This document shows, piece by piece, positions 15,151 to 24,052 of a stretch of DNA of 32,289 bases (positions are counted from its first letter, which is position 1; the number at the start of each line of letters is the position of its first letter). The position numbers and the translations under genes are program-made. The DNA is from a virus: IMG/VR virus record IMGVR_UViG_3300045988_100918. One strand, given 5' to 3'. The notes beneath the pieces are model-generated. The model was given only the letters and a program-made list of their open reading frames with translations, made no database searches and was not told the origin of the DNA.

Positions 15151-16053
15151 TCAGCCTAGGAGGAAGCACGGCAGCGGGCGCACCCAGTCGTTCGTCGGCG
15201 CAGTGTAGCTGGCAAGGCCGTGGCCGCTGACAATGCACGCGCTAGACGAAGCCCCGCCCATGACCGACCGCAGCCACCAAATGACGCGACCGCCCGCGAT
15301 GCGGCTTGCGGTGTCGGTGAAGATTGGGAACTGCGAATCGAAGCCGACAGAGTAGCCCTTGCTGCCCCATACTGGGCACCCGTAAACCTCCATCTCTGAG
15401 GGCGACCAAATCTTGCCCAAGTCCGCCCAGCTCCAACCGCTCGCTTCGGTGAGCTTGCCCGAAGACGAATAGCGCTCTTCGAGAAGCACGCGCTGCGCGA
15501 GAATGGCGCTCTGAAGCGTGGACGGCAGCGCGGGCAAGAAATCGTTGATCTCCCAATCATGGAGCTTCGAGCACAAGTAAGGGTGCTTATCTTCGGCGGT
15601 GCCGTTGTTGTCGTTTGTCTCGCGCCACTGAAGGTAGCTCGTGTTGGATGCCTTGTCGCCCTTCACGGTGACGGGCGCTTTCGGCACCATGACGATATGA
15701 TGCCCCTTCGCGGTGTCTCCGCACTGGTAATACTGGTCGATAGCGCCGATGCGGTAGCGCACCGTCTGCGCTGGCACGTTAGCGCCCTCGGAAACGGGAA
15801 CGTCGATGTAGTCTCCGATGCGCAGACCGGCGAAGTTGGCGTTTCGCGCGCGGTTGCGAAGCCACGTGTAAATGTCGGTGCTGCCGATCTCGTTAGCGAA
15901 GACCGAAGCGAGCGAGCGCCCCGCGTAAGCGTTGATGTTGTGCTGGCGGTCGTATTCCTCGGCGGTCGTGACAGAATCGGCCTTGCTCTGCGCTGAAGTG
16001 TCCTTCAGGTTGTACGCGGTGCCATTGATAGAAAACTTCGACAAATCAGCCAT
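15151..16053 (-). CDS. DGR target protein: tail fiber / receptor-binding protein with a variable C-terminus (presumed C-type-lectin-like)
   Basis: 300-aa ORF in the tail module. Its C-terminus ...SSSACIVSGHGLASYTAPTNDWVRPLPCFLLG is encoded by the VR. Variable residues I, S, G, H, L, S, Y, T correspond to N/S codons in the TR. Confidence 0.8.
   Translation of the reverse strand: MADLSKFSINGTAYNLKDTSAQSKADSVTTAEEYDRQHNINAYAGRSLASVFANEIGSTDIYTWLRNRARNANFAGLRIGDYIDVPVSEGANVPAQTVRYRIGAIDQYYQCGDTAKGHHIVMVPKAPVTVKGDKASNTSYLQWRETNDNNGTAEDKHPYLCSKLHDWEINDFLPALPSTLQSAILAQRVLLEERYSSSGKLTEASGWSWADLGKIWSPSEMEVYGCPVWGSKGYSVGFDSQFPIFTDTASRIAGGRVIWWLRSVMGGASSSACIVSGHGLASYTAPTNDWVRPLPCFLLG
15162..15290 (-). 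repeat. DGR variable repeat (VR) at the 3' end of the target gene
   Basis: Aligns to the TR with offset +701 and 13 mismatches. The 36 bp at the 3' end of the coding strand (15167-15201 region) are identical to the TR, as expected for an IMH-like invariant segment. It encodes the last 43 codons of ORF 15151..16053. Confidence 0.9.
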
Positions 16054-16068
16054 TGATAGTCTCCCTTC

Positions 16069-16800
16069 TTAGTTGAGCGTCGCCGTCTCGCCGCTCACGG
16101 TGGCTTGCGCAACCGTGACCGTCTCGCCGGATAGGGCGCTTCGTCTGTTTGTGGGCATGTACGCCGTTTCTCCAAGGACTATGTAGCCGTCCTGAAGCTC
16201 GACAAGGGCTGTCGCAAGCGTCGCGTTCTCGTCGCGCAGCTCTTGCACCTCGTCATCTGACGGCGGTTCGATAGCCGCGACAGCGTTTGCGATATTAAGC
16301 GCGTTCTGTGCTGCGGCGGTGGCATCCTCTGCCGCGCCGTTTGCAGTCGCAGCGGCGGTGTTGGCGTTCTTTACCGCCGTCTCTCCACGGTCGATGAGGT
16401 CTTGAACGGCATCGTCCCAGTTCTGCGCGGGCTGCTGCCCGTCAAGAGCGCTGCGCAGGATTTCTATTGCGAATCGCTCTGTCGAATAGGTCTTGCCGCT
16501 CTTCGTGATCGTGAAATAGGCTTCGTCGGTGTAGCCGGACACGCTGCAAAGCTTCGATTCGTCAACCGTGATCGTGGCGGCGTTTCCGCTCACCGAGCAT
16601 TGGCCGCGATAGTAGTTACGTTTGTTAGGCAGCAGCACGACAAGCCATGCCGTAGCACCTGAAAGCGCGAACTCATCGCCGTTGTCGTAGATAAGCGCCT
16701 TGATGGTGGTTCCGCCATCGTCGCCCTGACCAACCTTGATGCAGGTTCCCGCGCCCTCCTTCGAGATATCGAGTTCAAGCGTCCGTGTGTTGCTCATCAC
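16069..16800 (-). CDS. BppU-like tail/baseplate protein
   Basis: The N-terminal domain resembles siphovirus BppU_N. It has an Ala-rich coiled-coil middle and is immediately upstream of the receptor-binding gene. Confidence 0.4.
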   Translation of the reverse strand: MMSNTRTLELDISKEGAGTCIKVGQGDDGGTTIKALIYDNGDEFALSGATAWLVVLLPNKRNYYRGQCSVSGNAATITVDESKLCSVSGYTDEAYFTITKSGKTYSTERFAIEILRSALDGQQPAQNWDDAVQDLIDRGETAVKNANTAAATANGAAEDATAAAQNALNIANAVAAIEPPSDDEVQELRDENATLATALVELQDGYIVLGETAYMPTNRRSALSGETVTVAQATVSGETATLN

Positions 16801-17273
16801 TCGCCGCCTTCCTCGACGGTGCCGTATGCAAGCGCGCGGAGGGCTTCGAGCGCTTCGGCGAAGCTCATAGCAGATCGCGCCTTGCTAGACACGGGCTGCA
16901 CGTCCGCGCTCGCGGCGACGGCTGGCACGCTCGCGGCCAAAGCGTCGAACACATCGACAACCGCCCTCATGCGGTCATCGACGTACAAGGGCTGAACGAG
17001 CGTGAAGGGCTGATCGTCGTTGATTGGCTCCTTCACGTCTTCCGGCTGCACGACGGTTCGGTTTCCGTCTTCGTCAACCGCAATGAAAATCATTCCGTTG
17101 TTCGCGGCGCGGTTGATAAGCTCTTCGTCGTATTCGGTCACCATCGCTTCGCAGTTGCCTATCGGGTCGTGCAGCATGTGATAAAGTGTCTTGCTCATCG
17201 TTCCTCCTAGTCGAAGTTGCATACCGTGCAGAAGCCGTCTACAAAGTCGATGCTTCGCGTTGCGCTCCACCAT
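16797..17273 (-). CDS. hypothetical tail-associated protein
   Basis: 158-aa ORF between the Tal and BppU-like genes. Confidence 0.4.
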   Translation of the reverse strand: MVERNAKHRLCRRLLHGMQLRLGGTMSKTLYHMLHDPIGNCEAMVTEYDEELINRAANNGMIFIAVDEDGNRTVVQPEDVKEPINDDQPFTLVQPLYVDDRMRAVVDVFDALAASVPAVAASADVQPVSSKARSAMSFAEALEALRALAYGTVEEGGE

Positions 17274-19381
17274 GTAATCGTGCCGTCGCCGTTATCCTGA
17301 ATCTTGCTGACGTAATGCAACGTGCAATCTTTCGTGATCGCATGCGTTGTCGTGGTGCTCTCGCTGCTAGATGCAGCGGCGGAAATAAGCGGCGTGGTGA
17401 TTCGGATATGCTGGTTTCCCGTCAACTGAAGACCGGCCGTTAGCTGCCCGGTGCTAACGTTTCGCATGTGCGCTGAGAAGTCGATAGCCCCGATCTGCGT
17501 TCCGTCTTCGTAGCCTTTAATCTCGCCACTGGCAAGACGAATGAGGTTTGAAGCAGAACCGCATTCGAACGTACCGTTAGCGTCGATATTGTTTGCCGTC
17601 ATGTAGTTTGTCGTAAGCGAACCGGTGTTGAGGTTCCACGTGCTGCGACCGTATCTGTCGCTGATGATGCCCGTTTCAATGTAGGTAGCATTGATGTAGA
17701 CTTTACCGCCGCTGAGATAGATTCCCTGCGTCTGCCCGTTGTTGGTCAGCTTGTTGAATATGTCGCGTTGCGTTTGAGCATCGACGGCTGAGCTTGCCGC
17801 ATCGTCGGCGATTTTCTGAACGGTCTTGCCGCCAACCTCGGTGCTTGCGGAAAGCGAGAACTCGCCGTTGGTCAAGTCCCAGAAGTTGTTTCCCTTCTCG
17901 TCGGTCAGAAGACCGGCGCGCACGCGCTCGGCTCTCATGGTGCCCGTGTTGATCGCGTCGGCGCTCACCATAGCGCCTGTCAGGAAGGTTCGCCAGTCCC
18001 ATTGACCGTCAGAAGTGAGGTTCGCGGCAAGTCGCATGCCCATACCGTTAATGTTGACAGCCCACATGCCCGAAGTCGCTTTGACCGGCAAGCCCGTTTC
18101 AGCGTCGATGGGTACATTGCTCCACATCGTGCCAAGTTCGAATGTCTCGACCTTGTAGGTTCCAACGGCGTTGAACTGAGCGTTTATCGCGGCCTGAAGC
18201 TGCTGAAGCCACGAAACCGACGTGCCCGCCGCAGCGTCATAGATTGCGTTCTGTTGGCTGTTGCTCTTTAACGCGTTGCTTACGCTCTGCCACATGTCGG
18301 CCATGCTGTCAGTAAGAGTGCCGAACGTAACGGTAGCGTCGCCGGTGAGCAAGTCGCGCTCAATCTGAGACACGCGGCCATGCAGGCGCACGCCCTCGGC
18401 AGAAAAGCCCTTGTCGATGATCGCCACGTCATCGCCCACGCCCACGCCCTCCCATGAGCGCCCGAACGCGTAAAGGTCGATAACCGAAGCGGTGTAGGTT
18501 ACTTTCGGCTCCTTCACCTGCTCTAGGTAGTCTTTCGTTTCCTGCAAGAGCTGCGCCGCGTCCTCGCACTGCGCGTTGACGTATGACGCGACGGCGGGAA
18601 GAATGCCGCCCTCTCCGTCAGGGTGCCCCCAAACGGTAGTAGCTTCGGCATCCTCCACGTAGTCTTTGCCGCCGTTGATATCGCCGAAGGTGAGACGGCG
18701 ACCGTAGCCGCCACCCTCAGTCTCAACGCCCTTGCCGTAACCGTAGACGCGAGTTTTCGGGTTGTCGCTCGCAACAGAGCGCTTGACGGAAACGAGGTCT
18801 TTAGTCCATGTAAAACGCTTTGCGCTGCTCTGGTTCCCGCGCTTCGCGCGCACGCCCACGCGGCGGCTCACAATGCCCGTACCGTTGTGGACGATGAGCG
18901 TTTCAAGCTCGCCGCCCCACGTCTCGATGATTCCGGCCAATCCCTCGCGCACGCTCTCATGGTAGAAGGTGCGCGAGGCTGTGCCGCCCTGATCGCACGT
19001 GCCGACCTCCCAGCGCGTGTCTGCGAGAATGGACGCGAGCGCTACCGACACGCCGCCAGAAGGCCGCTTATCGTCCAGCCAGTCATCCCACGTTTCGTTA
19101 ACAGAGTTGATGCAGACGGCTTGCGTCTCTGGCGCGCCGTCATCGTCGTGTGCGCGGTCGATGGTGTCAACGATGTGTTCGTGGCACACGCCCTGAAGGT
19201 CAATCCAAACTACGCGGTCGCCCTTCACGAGGTCTTCGGCGCACGTGATGTTGAGTTCGTCGGTTCCGTCCAGCGCGTCGGTGTGCGTCGCGGCGCTCAC
19301 CGTGAGCCGCCCCAGATTGTCGCCCCAGCGGTTGAAGCGGGTGAAGCCGATACGTCTTATTAAAGCCATCGTTCCACCCAC
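17207..19381 (-). CDS. tail-associated lysin / prophage tail endopeptidase-type protein (Tal)
   Basis: 724 aa downstream of Dit, the canonical TMP-Dit-Tal order. N-terminus MALIRRIGFTRF... (ATG at 19369 possible). Confidence 0.6.
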   Translation of the reverse strand: MGGTMALIRRIGFTRFNRWGDNLGRLTVSAATHTDALDGTDELNITCAEDLVKGDRVVWIDLQGVCHEHIVDTIDRAHDDDGAPETQAVCINSVNETWDDWLDDKRPSGGVSVALASILADTRWEVGTCDQGGTASRTFYHESVREGLAGIIETWGGELETLIVHNGTGIVSRRVGVRAKRGNQSSAKRFTWTKDLVSVKRSVASDNPKTRVYGYGKGVETEGGGYGRRLTFGDINGGKDYVEDAEATTVWGHPDGEGGILPAVASYVNAQCEDAAQLLQETKDYLEQVKEPKVTYTASVIDLYAFGRSWEGVGVGDDVAIIDKGFSAEGVRLHGRVSQIERDLLTGDATVTFGTLTDSMADMWQSVSNALKSNSQQNAIYDAAAGTSVSWLQQLQAAINAQFNAVGTYKVETFELGTMWSNVPIDAETGLPVKATSGMWAVNINGMGMRLAANLTSDGQWDWRTFLTGAMVSADAINTGTMRAERVRAGLLTDEKGNNFWDLTNGEFSLSASTEVGGKTVQKIADDAASSAVDAQTQRDIFNKLTNNGQTQGIYLSGGKVYINATYIETGIISDRYGRSTWNLNTGSLTTNYMTANNIDANGTFECGSASNLIRLASGEIKGYEDGTQIGAIDFSAHMRNVSTGQLTAGLQLTGNQHIRITTPLISAAASSSESTTTTHAITKDCTLHYVSKIQDNGDGTITWWSATRSIDFVDGFCTVCNFD

Positions 19382-20097
19382 TCAAGAATCGCGGTGCCGT
19401 TGGTGATGTTCAGGTGGCAGCGACCGTTGATCTCGAAGTAATCCGAGTCAATCGTTACCGGCGCTGTCTGGTTGTTGACCGTCGCGTGCTCGGTCGCCAT
19501 GTCAAGCCGTATGGTGCTCGAAGACGTGAGCGCGGTGTTGATAGCCACGAACTCGCCGGTATCGACGTTCGTAATCCTCCACGTGCTGCCAGCGGCGGGC
19601 TTCGCCGTGACCTTCAGGTATGCGGGTCGGTTGCCGCCAGCGTTCACGTAGATGTTGCCAGCCGAAACCTCCATGCGGCGCTTCTGGCCGTAATAGTCGG
19701 GGTCGCCGACGTGGAACGTCACGGTGGTTGTCGGGCAATCGTCCGTGATCTCGTCTAGGTCGGTGCTGCCGCTCACGATTGCGAGCAGGTAGCGCGTCGG
19801 GTCATCGGGAAGGTAGAGCGGCGCGGGTTCGTCAGTCCAGAGAGCCGCCGCGAGCTTGTGCCGCATCTCCGCGACCTCGCGGCGGTCTTCAGTCCTAAGC
19901 CAAATCTCAACGGGAAGGTCGTAGCCGCCACGGTAGGCGCTCTTGAAGACCTCGCCATGCCGCCCCGGCACGCTCTCGAACGTCGCGTTGACGGTCGCCA
20001 TGATGGGGCGGCGCACCTTGCAGTAAACCAGCTTCGATAGGTCGGTGCCGTTGAAGATGATTCGGTCGTGCTGGTTCCTAGTCCGTCTAAGTTGCAA
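19360..20097 (-). CDS. distal tail protein (Dit, Sipho_tail family)
   Basis: 245 aa immediately after the tape measure gene, with Sipho_tail-like N-terminal beta-sandwich sequence features. Confidence 0.6.
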   Translation of the reverse strand: MQLRRTRNQHDRIIFNGTDLSKLVYCKVRRPIMATVNATFESVPGRHGEVFKSAYRGGYDLPVEIWLRTEDRREVAEMRHKLAAALWTDEPAPLYLPDDPTRYLLAIVSGSTDLDEITDDCPTTTVTFHVGDPDYYGQKRRMEVSAGNIYVNAGGNRPAYLKVTAKPAAGSTWRITNVDTGEFVAINTALTSSSTIRLDMATEHATVNNQTAPVTIDSDYFEINGRCHLNITNGTAILEWVERWL

Positions 20098-22741
20098 CTG
20101 GCACCCCCCTTTGCTTCAGCTTGCTTGCGATGCCAGCGCCGATCTGCTGGCCTGTCTCGTATGCGTCCACTCCGTCAGCGACCGTGGCGTAAACCGTCAC
20201 GGCGACGTTAACGGGCTGGCTCGGCGCGTCGGCGAACCGCGAGAAGGCGCGGTTAACCGACGTTTCGATGAAGCCTTGCAACTGCTTCTCAGGCGCGATG
20301 AACTCGCCGCCAGCTTCGCCAACGCCGACGATTGAAGGCTCATCGAAGTAGCCGCCGCGCGCGTACCAACTGATGCTCACGCTCGGTAGCGAAATCGGGC
20401 CAAACTCGTTCCAACTGACGTTGAAGTGCGGAAGCTTCGGCTTCGGAATGCTGATCTTGATTCCGCCAAAGGCGTTCATGATCTTCTGCGGAATGCCAGA
20501 AATCGCGTTCCACGCGCTTTCAATCGGGTTCTCTATGAAGCCCCTGATGCCGTCGAACACGCCCTGCACCTTAGCGCCAAGGCCGGGAAATCCCAGCTTG
20601 TCGCCGATGCGGTCTGCGACGCTAACCGCCGTGCTCTCGGCAGCGTCAAGCTTCGAGCCGATGTTGTCTTTGATAGCGTTGAAGGCGTTTGCCGCTTGGC
20701 TCTTCGCCGTCTCCCAGTCGCCGTTCATCGCTGCTTGCAGAGCGCCAGCCGCAGAGCTTCCAACGGTCTTCGCGGTGTTCATGTCGTTCTGAACCGTGGA
20801 AGCGATTTGCCCGAAGACCGAATCGGTGTTGCCGGTTAGGTTGTTCCACCAGTTAGACACGGTATCGACCGCGCCTTGCGCGAGGTTCCCGACGTTGGTT
20901 TTAAGATCGTTCCAAGCGTTCGAAGCGCCGGTTTTGATGTTCTCCCAAGTGTCGGAAGCGCCCTGCTTCAACTGCTCCCACTTCTCGCCAACGCCGGTGC
21001 AGAAATCCGAAACGCCGGTGCTGACCTGCTCCCAGATTCCGCCCCAGAACTCAGGCACGCCAGCGAAGAAATCCTGCACGGCTTGCCACTTCTCAGAAAT
21101 CCAGCCGGTGAAGTCAGACCACATCTGCTTGCCCGTCTCGGTCTGCGTGAAGAACCACGTAAGGCCAGCGACGGCGGCGGACACGGCGGCAACGCCAAGG
21201 CCGATAGGGTGAGCGGCGATAAGCCCGGTAAAGCCCGTCCAGCCGCTAGAAAGCGTGCCGGTGAGCATGCTTCCCAGACCGCCCGCCTTGGTGACGATGT
21301 TAGAGAAGCCGGTTCCGATCTTGCTTAGAAAGCCCGTGTCACCCATGAGCTTCTTAGCGCCGCCCCAAAGCTCGCCAGCGGTCTTGAAGGCGCTTCCCAC
21401 GCCCTCTGCGGCCTCCATCGTCTTACCAATGGCGGTTGTCACGCCGCCGAAGGCGACGGCTCCTAGAGCGAGGTTGTTAACAAGCGTCTGCTGCTCTGGC
21501 GACAGGTTCTTGTACCAGCCCGTGACGGCTTCGAGCGCGGGCGCGAGCGTGTTAAGAAGGCTCGTGCCGATCTCGGTAACGGCGGTCTTGACGGGCAAGG
21601 CCGCTTCGCCGAGTTCCTGCATGCTCTGGTTCATCTCGTTCTGCGCGTCGCGCGAAGCGAGAATGTCTTTGTTCGTCTCTTGGTACTGCCGTCCCGCGTC
21701 CGCGTAAAGCCCGGTAAGCGTCTCGGTGATGAGCTGCGACCGCTCCTGCTCGCTTCCGCACGCGGCAAGAGCAGCGTTAAAAGCGTCTTCTTTTGTCTGA
21801 CCCTCGGCGACCGCCTGATTGAAAGCGGCCTGAGCCGAAGAGTGGCCGGACAGCGCGGCGCTCCACTGCTCGGCTGATGCCGTAGACCAGTTGAGAGCGT
21901 CGGCAAGACCGCCAGTGACGGTGCCCGTGTGCGCCGTCTCCTGCGCTGCTTCCGCCAAGTTCTGAAGCGGCAGAGCGTCGCCGAATGTCGCGTAAGCGCC
22001 AGCGGCAATGTCCGTCCACTGCTGCAATTCCTGCTCGTTGGTTGTCAGGCGCGCTAGGTTCTGGCTCGCTTCCGTGGCAGATGCAGAATCGCCAAGGATG
22101 CGGTAGAAGCTCGCATAGGTCGAAGATGCTTGCTCGGCGATGCCGCCAGCGCTCACCCATGCCGTTTCGAGCTGCCCGCTCTGCTGTATCGCTTCCTCTT
22201 GGCTCGATGCAAGGCCGGTAAGCGCGCCAGCCGCGCCGATGATGCCGCCAGACAATGCCGTTCCCGCGCTTGAAATCTTAGACCCGGCGTTTGAAAGCTT
22301 GTCGGCGTTGTCCTCGATGGTCTGACCAACCTTGTAAAGCGCCGTGCGCGATGCGTCCGCTTCGCGCGCCGTGTCCGCAAGCTCGCTGCCGTAGCTGTCA
22401 AGCTGGCGCTCGCACTGCATGATCGCGCGCTTCAGGCTGTCGTACTGCCGTTCCTCCTGAGCCGTGAGCTGCGCGCCGCTCTGCTTCTTGCTCTCCAGCT
22501 GCGCGAGCGCTTGCTTGTAAGCGTCAAGCTTCTGCTTCGTCTCGCCGTAGGCAGAGTTGAGCGCCTTTACCTTCTGCTCTAGCAGCTCGGTGTTTCCGGG
22601 GTCGAACTTCAGCGCCTTGTTGATATCGCGCAAATCGCTTTGGGTGTCGCGCGATGCCTGCTGAACCTTCTTCAGGGCGCTTTGAAGCTCGGTCGTGTCG
22701 CCGCCGAACTTGATAACAAGCCCCTTGTAAGTGACCGCCAC
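20087..22741 (-). CDS. tail tape measure protein
   Basis: 884 aa. N-terminal coiled-coil (LQSALKKVQQASRDTQSDLRDINKAL...), Ala/Gly-rich TM-like segments, and a long W/F-periodic C-terminal region. Positioned after the chaperone genes. Confidence 0.85.
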   Translation of the reverse strand: MAVTYKGLVIKFGGDTTELQSALKKVQQASRDTQSDLRDINKALKFDPGNTELLEQKVKALNSAYGETKQKLDAYKQALAQLESKKQSGAQLTAQEERQYDSLKRAIMQCERQLDSYGSELADTAREADASRTALYKVGQTIEDNADKLSNAGSKISSAGTALSGGIIGAAGALTGLASSQEEAIQQSGQLETAWVSAGGIAEQASSTYASFYRILGDSASATEASQNLARLTTNEQELQQWTDIAAGAYATFGDALPLQNLAEAAQETAHTGTVTGGLADALNWSTASAEQWSAALSGHSSAQAAFNQAVAEGQTKEDAFNAALAACGSEQERSQLITETLTGLYADAGRQYQETNKDILASRDAQNEMNQSMQELGEAALPVKTAVTEIGTSLLNTLAPALEAVTGWYKNLSPEQQTLVNNLALGAVAFGGVTTAIGKTMEAAEGVGSAFKTAGELWGGAKKLMGDTGFLSKIGTGFSNIVTKAGGLGSMLTGTLSSGWTGFTGLIAAHPIGLGVAAVSAAVAGLTWFFTQTETGKQMWSDFTGWISEKWQAVQDFFAGVPEFWGGIWEQVSTGVSDFCTGVGEKWEQLKQGASDTWENIKTGASNAWNDLKTNVGNLAQGAVDTVSNWWNNLTGNTDSVFGQIASTVQNDMNTAKTVGSSAAGALQAAMNGDWETAKSQAANAFNAIKDNIGSKLDAAESTAVSVADRIGDKLGFPGLGAKVQGVFDGIRGFIENPIESAWNAISGIPQKIMNAFGGIKISIPKPKLPHFNVSWNEFGPISLPSVSISWYARGGYFDEPSIVGVGEAGGEFIAPEKQLQGFIETSVNRAFSRFADAPSQPVNVAVTVYATVADGVDAYETGQQIGAGIASKLKQRGVPVAT

Positions 22742-22831
22742 GTAATCACCCCTCTTCGGTTGTCAAAGTCCCATGAGTGCTTGAAGCAACGCGCCCTCGC
22801 GGGTGCGCTGCCGTCAAGAACTCACTTCATG

Positions 22832-23077
22832 TCATGACCAGAACGCGGCTTCGGCCTTGCGCGCCTTCTCGTCCTCGTCGTAGTGCGCCGCAGCGTCTGC
22901 GTAGAACGCGTTGATTTCCAAAAGGTCTTGCACCTGCCGGTAGCTCATCATCTGAAGGTCTGAGAGCGTCAGGCCGCATTGCTGGCAGTTGTAGATGTAT
23001 CGCGCGTCGCACGCGTCTTGCAGGTTACTTGGAAGCGGCGGCGCTGGCCTTTTCGGCTTCCTCGGCTTCCACTGCAT
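22832..23077 (-). CDS. overlapping ORF downstream of the tail chaperone (candidate frameshift 'T' extension)
   Basis: Overlaps the 3' end of the chaperone gene by 53 nt. Sits in the conserved G/GT position between the major tail and TMP genes. Its frame is +1 relative to G. Confidence 0.35.
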   Translation of the reverse strand: MQWKPRKPKRPAPPLPSNLQDACDARYIYNCQQCGLTLSDLQMMSYRQVQDLLEINAFYADAAAHYDEDEKARKAEAAFWS

Positions 23078-23435
23078 CTTGCGCGGCGCTTGGAAAAAAG
23101 TTGTCCATCACAATACGCATCACGTCGGTAGCCCAACCGTCCTTGCGCTCCAAGTCGTAGCCATCGGCGGGGAAGGACGAAACCCACTCATCGAACTTCT
23201 CATCGAACTGAGGGTTTGCCGTCTTGATGCACGCGTAGAAGATTTCGAGAAGCGGCACGAGCGGTGGGAATCCGAACTTGTCCAAGTTCTCCAAGATCGC
23301 GCCGGTATCCTCGTTAATGTCCTTCGGTCTCATGGTGCCGTTGGGCTTCACGACATTGAAGCAGCGGGAAAAGGCAATCGGAGTGAATGCGTTGAAGGTC
23401 GCTTCGAACTCCTTTTCGCCAACCTTGATAAGCAT
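23025..23435 (-). CDS. tail assembly chaperone (gpG-like)
   Basis: ATG at 23435 (MLIKVGEKEF...) with an AGGAGG RBS, acidic C-terminus. Located between the major tail and TMP genes. Confidence 0.6.
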   Translation of the reverse strand: MLIKVGEKEFEATFNAFTPIAFSRCFNVVKPNGTMRPKDINEDTGAILENLDKFGFPPLVPLLEIFYACIKTANPQFDEKFDEWVSSFPADGYDLERKDGWATDVMRIVMDNFFPSAAQDAVEAEEAEKASAAASK

Positions 23436-23445
23436 TCGAAACCTC

Positions 23446-24042
23446 CTAGACCGTCGGTTCGGTCTTGTGCTCAAGCTCGATATTGACCGCATCAAAGAAG
23501 GTGTCGTAATCGGCAAGGCCGGTGAAGCTGTCATAGCCGCTCGTGCGAATGTCGGTGCTCGGGATAGTGACCGGTCGCCACGTGAACGGGTAATCGAGCT
23601 GCGTGATCTCGGGCGTGTCCTGAACGGTGTTAAGCTCCTGTGTCGGCTTCGAGAGCTGGCACATGAGAAGGCAGCGGCGGCGACCGAGCACGTGCCCCGG
23701 CTGCTCGCACATGAAGGCGAACTTCTTGGGCGTGCGGTCGGCGCTCAGGATGGTTCGCCCGTCCTGCGCGATTTCGTAGCCCACGAGGTCTGCGATGAGC
23801 TGCCGCAGCTCGGCGGTGCTCTCGGTGTCGTAGAAGCTCATGGTTCCAGAGCCGCCGTTGTCCTGCTGCTTGTCAAGCCACGGCTCGTTGTCGGCGTAGC
23901 TCGTTGCCGTCTCAACGGTCGGCTCCATGCTGATAGCTACGGTTCCCGCGACATGCACGGGGTCTTCGTAGGTAAGTGCGTCTTCGTCGGTGCAGATCGC
24001 GAAATGCGAGTTCTTCACGCCGAAGAATCCGTTTCGTGCCAT
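23446..24042 (-). CDS. major tail protein (phi13/TP901-1-like family)
   Basis: 198 aa. MARNGFFGVKNSHFAICTDED...TYEDPVHVAGTVAISMEP resembles phi13-family major tail proteins. Confidence 0.7.
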   Translation of the reverse strand: MARNGFFGVKNSHFAICTDEDALTYEDPVHVAGTVAISMEPTVETATSYADNEPWLDKQQDNGGSGTMSFYDTESTAELRQLIADLVGYEIAQDGRTILSADRTPKKFAFMCEQPGHVLGRRRCLLMCQLSKPTQELNTVQDTPEITQLDYPFTWRPVTIPSTDIRTSGYDSFTGLADYDTFFDAVNIELEHKTEPTV

Positions 24043-24052
24043 TTGGTCTCTC

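Noticed and set aside
16069-19381. Second VR copy in other tail genes (BppU-like, Tal)
   Set aside because: No second occurrence of the invariant GCGCCGACGAACGACTGGGTG segment or of an AAY-variant TR copy was seen elsewhere in the window. A single target is assumed, pending a computational search.
20373-22325. Multiple plus-strand ORFs inside the tape measure gene (e.g. 20373..20792, 20876..21328, 21255..21707)
   Set aside because: They are antisense to a long well-supported TMP ORF, with low-complexity translations. Spurious.
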